A DNA stretch of 64,000 nt from Rhizaria sp. SCN 62-66 (lineage: Eukaryota), in assembly GCA_001724265.1 (NCBI GenBank), contig MEDY01000115.1:1-64000 (forward strand), written 5' to 3'. The translations under genes were made by a program, and so were the position numbers. Under the pieces are notes generated by a model. The model worked only from the letters and a program-made list of their open reading frames with translations. It had not been told where the DNA came from and searched no databases. Positions 36,118 through 49,525 of the stretch are shown here, one piece after another (positions within the stretch are counted from its first letter, which is position 1; each line of letters begins with the position of its first letter).

Positions 36118-39100
36118 TTAACGGTTCGCGTTCGTGCTACCATTGCCGAGCAGCCACAGCCCCGCGTCATCATCGCCGTTGACACTCGCGCCGACGTTCG
36201 CACCAGCCTCGTTCCCAGCCTTGGTGTTTGCATTGCCAGCAGCATGGGCGTTGGAGTTGTCAGCGCTATTGTTGTTGTTGTTGTTGTCGCCAAACGCGCT
36301 GCCACCGAGGGCAAACAGTCCCATGGCAGAGTCGTTCAGATCCCCGCCCAGACTATTCGCATTCGCGTTGCTTCCGTTGCCATCGTGGTCGTTGTCAGCG
36401 TTGTTCGACGTGAAATCGATGATTTGACTGCGGAACAGATCGCTCTCAGGGCCCAACATGCCCGAGCTGGGCGCGCACCCCCCCACCCCGCCGCCGCTGC
36501 CGTTGTTGTTGCCGCTGTGGGCGATGATCGGGGCGACTGGGCGGATCGTGACGAAGTCGAGCACGCCTCCCCGTGACAGCCCATGGGGACCGGAGTCGTC
36601 GCCGGTACTTACATTGCTGCCGCCACTTAGACTGCGGGTAGCCGCGCCTCCGTCGACGACAAGGAAGCCGTCAGCTGATGCGCCGCTTTGCAGCCGCTGC
36701 TGTTGCTTTTGCTGCTGCTTGTTGCTAGCGTTGGTAATCGTGTCGTTGATGGTGTTGGTGAAGTCGAGATTGACCTCAAACTTGCCCCAATCGTCGTCGT
36801 CAGCGTTGGTACCAGTTGCAGCAGCAGCGTTGGTGATGCTTTGGTTCGGGTTGTTGACAAAGTCGATGTGGTGGTAGTACTCGTTCTCAGCGTCGTCACT
36901 GTTGTTTGAGCTATTGTTCGGATTCGCGTTATTGGTATACGAAACAGGTTCGAACTCGTCTTCGTCAAAGTCGAGCCCATACAAGCCGCCGTTGTTATAG
37001 TACCCGCCGCCGCCGCTGCGCGCCTCGTCGAAGTCAGCGTCGCCGGTCACCCCGCCGGTTCTCGCATCACCGGGACCGGCCTTGCCGGCGCCAAGGCTGC
37101 TCTTATCAGCGAGACTCGACTTAATGCCGCTCGGACCGTTGCTGGGTGAGTTGTCGAAGTAGCGCGCAAACCCTTCCTCAACCTCGTCATCATCATCGTT
37201 GTTCGCAATCGAAGTCGCAGTCTTCAGAGCGGTGAGGTTCTTACTCGCAGCGCCAGCGCCCAGACCGCCACCGCCACTGCCACCGCCACCGCCACCGCTG
37301 CTGCTGCTGCCGCTGCTGCTGCTGCTGCTGCCGACAATGCCAACGTTGGTCGAGGTGGCGTTTGCGCCGTTGAGGCCGAGCCCGAGCCCGGCCTCGATAT
37401 TCGCGAGCCTCCTGGCCGCTTGCGACTGCGGGCCCTTAGGCGCCGCCGACAAACCCTTAGACGATGACGATGACGACGACACAGTCTGAGTACCTACTTC
37501 ACCCCCCTTAGACGGCGTGTAAGCGCCTTCGCTCTTGGGGAAGTACTCAAACATAGCAGCGCCCAACAGTCCATTGCTCGCCGCGCTCGTGCTCTTCGGC
37601 GCGTTCACGGCGTGAGCGTGGCCGCCGCTGTCGCTATCCCTGAGGAGGCTGAGGCCGCTGCCGCTAGAGCTGCCTGGCATCGCTGCAGCGACGTTGGTAG
37701 ACTTGTTGCCGTTGTCATAGCTGTACGTGTTGTCGCCCATGTGCATGGGACTGAACAAATCAGTATTACCGCTTACAGCTGCAACAGCAGCTGAGCCGAT
37801 GTTGGCGTTGTTGTTGCCAAAGCCGAACATATCGACAATCGCACCGCCGCCGCCGGAAATGTCACTGGCGTTGCTGTTGGCTGCGAGACCGAGACCGAGA
37901 CGGTTGTGGGCAGCTGCTGTGAAGTCAATGTCACCGAAGAAGTTGTCAAGCGTCTGCATATTGCTGCTGTTGTTATTACTATAGCCAAAACCACTCGCGT
38001 TGACGGTAGAAGCGGTGTTTACAGCGCCAGCGTTGGTGGTGTTTGTGGCGTTGGGCGGGGAATGGGGCCCCGCAGCCAGTGACAGCGGCGGCAACGGCGG
38101 CAACAAGCCAGCACTGCTAGCAGTCGCACTTGCACTTGCAACCGCAGTAGCAGTAGCAGTTGCAGCCGTGGCGGGGTGAGCGTGCTGCGTGTGGCTGTGT
38201 GAGTTGAGGTCAAGCGACGACAGCGCAGGCGACAGCACGGTGCTGCCGGCAGCCGCGGCGTTGGCTGCTGCGCTGCTGCTGCTACTATTGTTAGTACCAC
38301 TGCCACTGATGGCGCTGGCATGCGCGAGGTTCGTTGACTTCGTCGCTGTTAACGCCGGCGAAGACGCGGTGGCAGTGGGAGTTAAGAACGGTGACCCACC
38401 GGCCCCGGCTCCAGTCAAAAACGGGGAGCCTGTGGCGCCGGTCAAGAACGGCGAACCCGCATTACTCCCGTTGTTGTTGGTGTTCAAGTCGCCCATAGCG
38501 GCCAGGGGCCGGGGCGCGGAGGCCGGCAGGGGCAGAGTGACCGGCAGCGGGGCGGAGAAGGTGTGCGCCGTGAGCAGCGTGGCGCGTGCATTGGCGACTT
38601 CGGCGGCCGCGAGAAGCGGGGAGCCGGCAGCGCTGCTGGCCGTTGCGCCCATGATCACCGGGTTCACGCTGTTTGCGGCGGCTGCGTTGGCGGGTGCGTT
38701 GTTGCTGTTGAGGGAAAGCACGGGCAGGGAGCCGATCGAGCTGTTGGTGCTGCTGCTGTACATATTCACGGTGTTGCCGCTCATGTTGTTGTTGGCGGCG
38801 GCGGAGGCGTAGGGCGCGGGCGCTGCGGAAAGCACCGGGGAGTCGGCCCAGGAGATCGCGGGCACGGAGGCGAAAGCGCGCAGTTGCGGCGAGTGATGAC
38901 TCTGTTGGCCGCCTCCCTGGGCAAAGTGACCGTGAGCAGTAGCAGCAGCCGCAGCCGCCGATAAGTGGCCGTGAACAGCGGGGTGACCGTGAGCAGCGTC
39001 ACTCGCAGGCGACACGACCGAACTTGTCCTGTTGTTGTTGTTGTTGTCAGAGGCCAAGCTGTCGCGGGAGAACGCAACAGCGATGACAGGAGTCCCACTC

Positions 39101-42100
39101 TCGGTCCCACTGACACTGTCCGTCGTGTGGTGCGTACTGGTGACACTGGCCGTCGGACTCGCACTGGCATCGTGCTGCGAAGGGGCATGTGTACCCCCAT
39201 GAGTACCAGGTGTAGAACTCGCGTACACTTTGTTGCTAATGCTGACAGCAGAGGCCAGTAACAACGACGCCAAGCTACCCGCGGTCGCGGGTGCGCCGAG
39301 GGCACGCGCGCGGACGCGTGTGCCCGCGAGTGCGCGGACATGTGGCGGCTCACGCAAACCGGGCAGCGGCAACGCACTGCGCTCCATCGCAGAAGTTAAG
39401 CCGCCACCGGAAGTCAAGCCGCCAGGACGACGACCGTTCGAACCATCAGCGCCAGCGGCGGTGTTATTGTGATTGCTACCATTGATCTGGGCATATGTTG
39501 CGTCGGAAGTATTCGCAGCATTAACCCCGCCCGTTAGAGCATGAGCATGCGTATGAGTATGAGCGTTCGGCTGCTGAGTGTTTGCGAGTGCATTCGCACG
39601 TGTGAGTTCCAACGCCGCGAACAGAGGATCGGCTCCACCACGACCGGGGGCAGCGACGCCGGCGGCGGCTAACAGCGACGATACGCTCGCAGTCTCGCTC
39701 TTATTCGCACCACTGGCCGCACCCATACCCACACCAGCCGCCGTGTTGCTGGCGGTAGCGGCCGTCTTGGACTGCGGCTGCGGGTGCACAGCGCTCGAGC
39801 TACTGTTATAGACGTTGCTGCTGTAGGTATACGCGTTGTTGTTGCTGTTCTGGTTGTTGTTAGAGACGGTGATGATGACGTCGTTGGCTTCCTGGCCACG
39901 TGGGTACGACAGACCCCAGGCGCGCGTACTCGCGGTGCCAGATGACCCATGTGTACTCGCCGCATAGTGGCCGGAGGCGACTGCGAGACGGGTACGCGCG
40001 GCCTGGATGGAAGTACCCGAGGAGGTACTTACACTCTGCGCACCGCCACCGGAACCCATGGTACCCGTGCTCGTGTGGGCGGTGGAGCTCGTATGCGTCA
40101 GAGAAAGTGACAACGACAGCGCAGCCGCAGCGTCGTCAGCTGAGAGAACGGCCGTGGCAGCGGCTGCCGGTAGCAGTTGCGACTGGGACCAGTGGCGAGG
40201 GTGAAGCGCGGTCGCAGTCGAGTAAACCTAGACAAGTTGACACAAAAAGAGAGATGTAAGGCGAATATAAGCATATTGGAAAACAAAGCCATTAGAAGTA
40301 TATTTTAACAAGGACGCTACACCTCTAAGCTTAGCAGTGCACTCAGAAGCAGATATAATGAGGTATAAAACAAGTGATTAGTTTGTTGTGTGTGAGACGT
40401 ACTTGACTGAGTGCGAGAAGTGGTGCAGGCAGCAGCGGCACTGCAGTGTGTAACACGGAAGTACTTACATCGACCTTGGTCCTTACATCGCGCGTCACGG
40501 TCTCCTTCTTCTCTTCATCCTTATCATCATCCTCAGTAAATGCAACTTCAACAGCCGTCATAGCAGTGTTCGAACTGCTACTGCTATTGTGCTTGTTCTT
40601 CTTCTTGTCCTTCTTGTCACTCTTACTAGAGCTAGAACTCGAGCTCGCAGCGGCTACTGGCGCAAGCGGCTTAGCTTTGCCACTCTTCACCTTGGCCATC
40701 TTGGTCGTCGTGGTCGTGACCGTGGTCGTTGTAGTGACCGTGCTCGTGACCGTGAGCGTGACCGTGGCCGCGACCGGCGCTTCCCTGTGCGCTGCAAAGG
40801 CGAAGAGCGGGGACGCGCGCAGAGGCGGGCAGCCGGTGACGGCGACAGCGGTGGCGTAGCAGGCCGCGGCGGGGCGAGCAAGGCGCAGAACTTTCGCTGC
40901 CCAGAGAGCGTACCTGAGGCTGCGGCTGCTACTGGGACCATGGCTATGCCCACTAAAAGCAGTAGAAGCATGTGTAAAGCTGTTGTTGTAGCTCATCGTA
41001 GCAAGGTGACCACGAGTACTGGCACTCGAGCCTGCGTTCCCGAGGCTATTGTTATGATTGTTGCTGTTGCTGTTGTAGTAAGAGAGACGGACAGAAGGGG
41101 CGATGTGTGCAAGTGCCAATGCGCTTGTGCTTTTGTTGTTGTTATAGCTCGCCGCACCACTGTTAGCGTCAGCCAGCGCGGGAGGAACGTTGGGATTAGC
41201 AACACCCCACCTATAATACACAAGAAAATCAAATAATACGGATAAAACAAAACAAATTAAGGGGCATAGTAAGTTAATGTACTTGAGTTAGAGCTATTTG
41301 AGGTCAGTTCATGTCAAATGATGTTGCTGTAACAAGACATTGCGAGGATAAAAGGCGTACCTCGGGCCCTTGCGAACGCTGACAACGAGAGTGCTACAGG
41401 CGGCCGCCGCGGCCGCACTAGAGCTAGCGCTGACGTTGTGAACGTTATTATTGCTGCTGTTGTTGTTGTTGTTGTTGCTCTCAGCAGCAGACTCACCAGC
41501 ATCATGACTGTTACTCTCGCCACCAACACCGCCCCACGTGGCCCCGTTGTTGTAGCTACTGGCGTTGTAGGTCGGCGTGTACAACACCGATTCGCCCTCG
41601 AGACCCGTTTCGAGCTCGTACGCGGCAACAACGGCCCCGGGACGCGTGACCATGAGTGCCGGCCATGGCACCGTCACCGCACTCACACTACTAGTACTCG
41701 TGACTCGCGCGTTCTGCTGGTGCTGGTGCAAGGGGGTACTTAAATCCTCGCCCACAGCCGGCGGCCCCGCCGTCGATGACTGTGAAAGCCAAGTCAGGAT
41801 CCCGTGGACCGCGGACACGTGCCTCAGGACGGAGCCACGCGCTGCTGACGTCAGCAAAGCCGTGCGCGCCGCTGAGGGGGTCGGAGTATTTAGACTCCCG
41901 CTTCCGCTGCTGTTGCTCGCGGAAGCGGGGATTGCGCTGAGGCTCGGCGGACTACTTAGACCTCCGGCGCTAGTGCTTACATTGGCGCCACCAGTAACAG
42001 CGCTAGTCTGACTGGGGCTGCTGCTGATGTTAGTGCTGACACTCTTGGCAAGGGCTGGGTCAGCCATCACGGCCGCAAACGGCGTCTGCGCCAGCGCCGC

Positions 42101-45100
42101 CGCCGCCGCGTCCAAGGCCGCCGCCATCGCACCCCGCGCCGCGCGCGCCGCCGCCGCCGCCCGCGCCAGCGCCAGCGCCAGGGCATCCGCGGTCACCGCG
42201 ACGCCTGCGCCCGCGGTGGCGGGGGAAAAGTACCGCGCGGCGGCGTCGGCGGCGGCGGCCCGGACGCGGACTGCGAGCGCGACATCCGGCATCGACTGCC
42301 AGAGCACGAGCGAGTGTGAGAGTGAGTCTGTCGCCAGGAGCAACGCGGCGGCGTCGGCCGCGGCCTCGGCGAGAGCTTCGCTCGCGCTAGCGGCGGCGGG
42401 ACTGAGGGACGCTTGAGAGGCTTGAGAGGCTGAGGTTGTGATGGCTGAGGGGAGGCCCTTAGGCCTGCTGCCACCCCTAGCCCTGCCAGACTTAGACTGG
42501 CGCTGGCGGGGACGTTTAGAGGTAGCGCCGCCCGCGCTCGCGCTCACATTCGAGTAGGAGCCAATAGTACTGAGACTGGTGTAAGTGGCACTTAGAGCAG
42601 AGTACATGGCGCCAGTAACGGCGAGCAAAGGCACCAATTCAGCCTCAAAGCATCGTAGAGCTTCTAACGCGCTCTGCGCAGCGCCAGTAACACGCGAGGT
42701 ACTCATGGTACTTGTGATGTTTGTGCTAGGGTTGTGGGAGAGAGATAAGAGACCAAGCGTGGTGTCAGTGGCCTGTGTGTGCAGGCCCGCCATTGCAACG
42801 GCCCCGAGACAGGACTCCGAGGAGCTGTCTAAGTAGCCATTAGACGCGTCTAAATACCCGCCGGTTGCGCTAGTCGGACACAACGCAGCGTCAGCAGCAG
42901 CCAACACAATAGCAGTGCTTACATGGGCATTGTTGACCGCACCAGGAGCGTAGACGCCCCGCGCTTGACTGTTCGCGGTGTTCTTTGCCGCGTGTGCGTT
43001 CGCGTTGGTAGAAGCAGGGTAGAGAGCAGCAGCAAGAGCGGGTGCCCACGCTGGAGCAGCAGGCAGGAATAATGCCGCTGTAGGCACACTCACGACCACA
43101 CTGTGATATCAATAATATCAAAAACCAAGATTCGGGATATACAACAAACAAGATGAGAGTGATGCAAGGAAATATTTTGCCTAAGCATAATTTTTTTACA
43201 ACTTTTAGCACGTAAAAAACGACATCGTTACAAATGAAACTGTTAATCGTGAGATATCTAGGTTTGAGTGAGATAGACGAACCTTTCTCCAGCGCCGCCC
43301 CCGCCGACAACCCCACTCAACCACCCTTTGTTGCTGCTGGCGCTGCCGCCGCCGCCACCGCCTGTGCCGGCCGCACCGCCGGTGAGGGCCAGCCCCGCCG
43401 CGTCCGTGCCCATCGCGGACCCCGCCGCGCCGCCCGCGCCGCGCTGCCACACCGCAGCCAAGGAGTGCTTCAGGCGGGCTTTGCCGCCCGCGTGGAGGCG
43501 GTGTAAGGGGAAAACACTTGCGACCGGGGGCGTCAACCGGGCGGGGACAGAGGGCCAGGGCCGGGGGTCAAACGCCGCCGTCGCAGCCGACTGCAGCGCG
43601 ACAGAAGCAGCGGCGGCGGCAGCAGCAGCAGCAGCAGCGGCGGCGGCGGCGGAGCCCGAGCGCGTGCCTGAGTTGTTGCTATTGGCAGGTGTCGCAGTGT
43701 TGGCGAAGCGGGCAGCGTTGAACGCCGAGAGCGCTGCGAGAGCTGTGGTGTTAATCAGAAGCGGGAGTCGAGGGTCGGCCGGGTGCAAGGCGACGGATTC
43801 GGGGCTGAGCTGCAGGGGCGCGGCGGCGCGGGACCACGGCAAGGCCGCCCAGTCCTGCGCTGCGCGGTGGCTAGACAGAGCGATGCCCGTGACTGTTGAC
43901 GGGGGAAGGCTGGACGGGTGGCGGCCGCCGCCGCGGAAGCCGGAGCCGCCGGCAGTGGCGACGGCGGCGGCGGCGGAAGCCAGCGCTGTGCCAAGATAGC
44001 TACGGAAACAAGGGGGCGCAAAACAAGAAAAAAAAGAGGGAAATGCGTGTGAGGCGTGGAGTGAAAAAAACGTAAATATGATAACACTGATTAAAGGTAC
44101 TTTTTGGAGATAATCATTTCTAGTTTTGGTGAGAGATATGTTGACTTACGCAGCGGTAGTCGCAAAGGCTTTGCGGGCCAGAGGGGCGAGGTGAGTGCTG
44201 GCAGCTGCCGACGCAGCAGCTGAGGCTGCAGCGAGCCGGGAGCTCGAGCCAGAGCTTGCGTTTGCAGAGGCAGCAGCGGCGGCAGCAGCAGCGGCGGCTT
44301 GCTGTTGTTGTTGCTCTTCGCGCTGTTTGCGCTGCTGTTGCTGCAACTGCGTCTGTTGCTGCTGCAGTTGTTGCTGCTGTTGGGAAGGGAACGCGTGAGC
44401 ACCAGCGCTCACCGCGTACACGACAGAATTCGCGTTTGCATGAGCACTCGCATTCGTGTTGTTGTTATTGTTGTTGCTGATGTTGTTAAAGATACGAGAG
44501 ACGAGGGCGATGCCTTCAGCACGCGCGCGGAGTAACAATTGCGCCTCCGTCTCCCCTGCTTCTTTACTATGGGCGAGCTCCTGGCGGCTTAACTTATCCG
44601 CGTTTTGGGGCAGTCCCATCTCTGAGCGCACTCCATGCAACGCTCGTGAGAACAACAGAGAGCCATAGTTGGCGTCCGTGAAATCCCCCGCCTCGGTACT
44701 ATGGGACGCACTGTTGTTATAGTAGTCGTAGTGGAAAGTGTCGTCATCACAGAGCCAGGCGCGTGCAAGCGCCTTGGCCGCCAAAGCCCGTGCACTGAGC
44801 TTATAGCTATACGCAGCAGCAGAACTATGGGAACCCGTGACCCCACATGTACTCGCGGCAGCACTTGCACCGACGCTATTGTTATAGCTGCCAGTAGAGT
44901 TGTTGTGATAGATGTTGTTGTTTTGGGCCGTGACCGTGACGCCGGCGCGCGCGGCGCGTGCTTGACGCCTGTTTTCCGCCGCTGCGGCGGCTAAGCCTGC
45001 GCTCATGCTCTCCACAATCTCCCCAACCACCGCCGCCGCCGCCGCCGCAGATTGCGACGGCGACTGCGCCTGCGAGGAGGTGTTCTGAGCATATGTGGGT

Positions 45101-48100
45101 GAGAAGTGACCCATAGCGCCGCCGACGGTACTAGTGGTGTCGGCGGGGTACTTAGCCGAGATGTAAGTATCCGGGCCCCTTACAGCGCGCGCGACGGCCG
45201 CCGCCGCCTCAGCTCCCCAACCAACACTATTAAACCCACCACCGCCTTGAGTACCGTGGGTTCCTGCGCCGTTGTTGTTAGTGTTGTAATGACCAGTACT
45301 CATGTCGAAAGCACCCGCACCGCCGCCGTTAGGACTGTGAACAGCATGTGTACCCGCACCCGTGGGTGAAGTCATGTTGTTCCTCGTGCTATAACCCCCG
45401 GAACCCGTGACCCCTCCGCCGAAGCCGGTGAGGGTGCCCATGGCCGACGCCACGGGCAGCAACGCCGGCGCCGCCGCGTGCGTCGCCGCGGTCGCCGCGC
45501 CGCCAAACGCCCCCACCGCGAACAAGTGCACCGTGCCGTTGACTGAGGTGAGAGCCACCCAGCGTCCGCAGGGGGAGAAAGTGACTGCGGTCGGCAGGGC
45601 ACGCGTGGCGCCGCGTTGCAGACGGCAGCGGAGGGCGGTGGAGAGGTACGCGGGGGCGGGCGCTGGAGTCAAGGTGGGGGCGGGGGCGGCGACGGCGGCG
45701 GCGGCGGCGAAAGAGGAGCCTGGGCCGATCGCGCCCATGACACCGCCGGCAACGGCGCTAGAGCTCGTCACCCCGTTGCTGCTGGCGTTGGAGGCGGCGA
45801 TGGAGGAGATCGAGCTGATCAAACGGGGCTGAGTCAGTGCCGTCGTGCGTGCCAGCAAGAGGGGAGGGCACGGGGCGGCGGCTGGGGTCGAGCCGGGAGC
45901 GTAGATTGAGGCGGAGTGCGCGGCAGTGGCGGCGACGATGGCGGCGGAGAGAGCGTCCTCTTCGTACTGGCTCATGAAGCTAAAGCAAGGCATGCAAACG
46001 CAAGAGATGTTGTAAGAAATAACACATGAGACAAATCTGCGATATAAGAGAATTTAGATCTGGATTTTGATACATACGCGAATTATTCCATAATAAATAA
46101 TATATTCCATAGTTAGATCAATCAACGAACATATATATGCGAATAGTGACTTTTACGACTTTTGATATCTCGTACCTTGCAGAACCCTGAGCGTTCGAGT
46201 GTTGTTGCTGCTGCTGCTGTAAAGGGGCAGTAGGCGGGAAAAACAGCGTCGCCTGCGCCGGCGCCGTAAATCCGAGCGAATACAGCCATGCCTCTTGGCC
46301 GTCCTCGGCCGCGACCGCGAGACATCCGCCTGCAGCGTCGAAGCTCAGCGCGGCAACGGGTGCCAGAGAGTCTGTTTTGACCGCTGCGACGACGCGCTTG
46401 GTCCAAACGTCCCTCACGAGTACCACACCCGCCGTCGCCGCTGCAGCGCGGACCAGGGACGCGCGGGTGGTGGCAGGACCTAAGAAAGACAGGAGGTCGT
46501 GGAGCTCGGTCGCTGCGGCCAGCGCATTCGCGCTGCTACTGCTAGCGTTGTGAGCGTTCTGACCGGCACCGTGAGCGGGATTCGTGTTCGAGCTGCTCGC
46601 AGAAGGGGTGAGGGGCGTGAGGCGAGGGGACGCGCTCGGGGTGGTACTTACATTGACGCCAGAGGTACTTACGCTCTTGCCAGCGCTACTGCTGCCGCTG
46701 CTGCTACTGCTGCTGCTGTTGTTGTTGGGATTAGCGTTGTTGTTGGCGTTGTTGATGTTGGTGTTGTTGCCAGTAAGGGCGGCGGCACTACGGCGAGCGT
46801 ACGAAGCGAGTGTCGACGTCCACGATGACGACGACGAAGAGGCGTTTGCACTCGTAGGACTCGAAGCAGGACCGTTTGCGCCAGAACTAGAGCTTGAGCT
46901 AGAGCTATTAGTGCTTGAGGTGCCGCCGGATTTAGAGGTGTCGGCTGTAGTAGAATTCGACTTATTAGCACCATCGACCGCGTTTTCAGCCGTATTCGCA
47001 CTGTTGTTGTTATTGTTATTATCGAGAGATTCGAGGCTATCGGCAGCCGCATTTGCCGCCGCCTCGGCCGCCGCCGCCGCCGCCGCTACAACCGCGCCTT
47101 TCCACCGCGAGAATATCGCCGGAGCCGCGGCTGACAGCTGCTGCACCACCATTGCCGGGTCGGCCGTGGCGGCCAAGACGCGGCCGCGGGCGCGACCGGC
47201 GCCGGTGACGGTCGCCGCGGCGACGGAGTGCAGTGCGATGCCCAGAGCAGCGGCGGCCACAGCAGCAGATCCTGGAGGATATTAAAGCCACAACAAAGAA
47301 CAGAGAAAATAAAATTGGTGAAATATCTTACAGAAATAATACATTATTACTCGTATTCATTCATACACCATAGTTTTGTTTTCATGGGGTAATGTTGGTG
47401 TCTTCAAATCATAGATTTAGTGCAAATCAGCGTTTGTTAGAATGTGTGTGATTTGAGGAAACATACCTGAGGCAGAAGCAGCTGCAGAGCGTAATGACAC
47501 AGCGGCCGCAGCCGCAGCTGAAGACGCTGTGGCAGCCGCAGTCGTCGCGCTTGCGTAAGACGCGATAAGTGCATTCGTGAAACCTTCCTCGTTCGCGGCG
47601 GCTGCATTTGGGCCGCCGCCACCATAGGCAGTACTTAAACCGCGCTCACGTGAGGTACTTACATTGTACCCGCTCGAGTCGCCGCCACTGTAAGTCCCTG
47701 CGCTGCTCGAGCTAGCGGTGTGAACAGAGTGAGAATGAGCGTGTGCATTAGCGACGGGCAGAAACGGCTGCAACCAGGCACCAACCATCGTGACAAGAGT
47801 CTGCCTTTGCACCAACCCTTGCCCTGCCAGCCCGCCGACCGCCAAAGTCGACACATTGCTGTTGTTGTGATTGTTCGCGGCGGCAGCGGCGGCGGCGAGC
47901 GACGCGAACGCACTCGCGGTCGCCTTAAAGAGCAGCGCGAACGCTTGCGGGGAGAGGTAAGAGCCCTCGCCCATGGGTACCGGCGGCGGCAATACGCCCT
48001 GCACGGACACACCACCGGTACTCATGGGGGTACCCATGCCTCCTCCGTGCTTCGCGCTGTTGGAGGAGTAGATCAAGTGCGAGCGCGAGGTCGACAGCAG

Positions 48101-49525
48101 AGCAGCCGCAACAGGCGCAGTCGCCGGCGACGCCAACTGATGCTGCCGGAGGGCGTTTACGGGCCCGGCAGCGAGCCGGGCATTGGCGCGGGCACTGGCG
48201 CGGGCGACGGAGGCTGCGAAGGCGCGTTGTGCGTCCGCTGTGGCCGCCGCCGCAGCCGCAGCGCGCAGCTCACCCTCCACACCCCCCTCACCAGACGAGG
48301 CGTTGTCCCCACGAGTTCCAGCATGAGTACCCCCACGTGTACCTGAGATATTGCTATTGCTAGCAACGGAGCCCGTGGTACCCATGCCGGAGTTTGCGCC
48401 TGTACCCGCGGCCGTCGCGCTATGACTAGAGCTTGACGGGAGGGTCGTGGGAAGTGAAAGCGCCGGGTAGGCTAAGTACCTCGAACTCAGGGCTAAGGGG
48501 CAGCGGGGCGCACACGCCGACCACGGCGCTGAGCCGCCGTTGTAACTCGTGGTACTCGTGGCTGAAGCCCCGCCTCCAGAGGCACCTGCGCCCGCGCCAG
48601 AGCTGGCGTTGGACGCAGAGGCGGCGGCGGCGGCAGCGGCGGCGGCGGAGACTGAGGCTGCGGGGGCGCCGCAGGCAGCGGGGAAAATCTTGACAGTCAT
48701 TAAGTGGTGCAGTTCGGGGTGTGACAGCGTAAACACGCTGTCTGCACCGCTGATATTTGCGGGGTTTTGAGTCTGGTTGTGGCTGTGGCCGCCCGCCATT
48801 GCCTCAGCAGTTTGACTCTGGCTCTGGCTGTGACTCTGACTGCTGCTGCTGTTGTTGTTGTTTGTGGTGATGTGGATCGCGTAGACCGACGCAGTCAGCT
48901 CGAACCCGACCGCGAGCAGCGGCGTCGGCGCCGCAGCGACCGTGAGCGACAGCACGGGTGCCGGCAGTTTAGTCGTGTGTACCCACCGGGACACCACAGG
49001 CGCGTACACGCGTACTGAAGCCCGAGAGCACCCGTGGGAATCGGCCGCGAACGCCACCGCAAGCAGCAAGTGCTGCCACAGACCGGTACCCGCGGGACCC
49101 ATGGGATTGTTGCTGCTTACGTTGCTGCTGTTGTTTTTGGCGTGTGCGTTGTTTATGTTTGTGGTTGTGGAAGCAACGGCAGAGGTGAGGAGTGAAGCCG
49201 TCGACGCCGGAGGCAAGTCATAGCGCGAAATGGGGCGGATTGCGAGCGGAGCGCAACGAGGGGACTGCGAAAGCGGCAGGAGCAGACGCATGTCATGCGG
49301 CGCGGCGACGTGGTGTAAGCTAAAACCTGTCGGGTACGCAGAGACGAGGAGAGTCACGGTTTCGCCACCGCAAACCCAGGACTCAAACGAGTGCCAGAGC
49401 AGCGGCGGCACAATACTGCTGCTGCTGCTGCTGTTTGCATTTGAGGAGTGCCCCGCGTTGGAAGTGTTGTTGTTATTGTTAAGGTTTGGAGTGTGAAGAG
49501 TGAGTGGCTTCACTGCGTGAGACAT
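36118..49525 (-). CDS. BCAS3: BCAS3 / plant ATG18f-h-like WD40 (PROPPIN-related) protein hugely expanded to 4,119 aa; exons 49525-47467, 47271-46176, 45979-44150, 43999-43283, 43100-41361, 41210-40403, 40227-36118
   Basis: Conserved blocks in the expected order: LLVSAYPTGFSLH; PLALSSRYLAYP; GVVLVRDV..PVAALSFDAAGGCLAVAAEDG; RLQRGAT..VTFSPCGRWVALTSVNGTVHLFAVGAFGG; LSQVYST..HPRHWSQSQL. Exons sum to 12,360 nt. TAA stop. Confidence 0.8.

Noticed and set aside
36400-49100. Possible periodic alternation of very GC-rich and Asn/Ser-rich blocks
   Set aside because: The alternation is visible, but I could not establish a regular period without spectral analysis. It is explained by amino-acid tracts.
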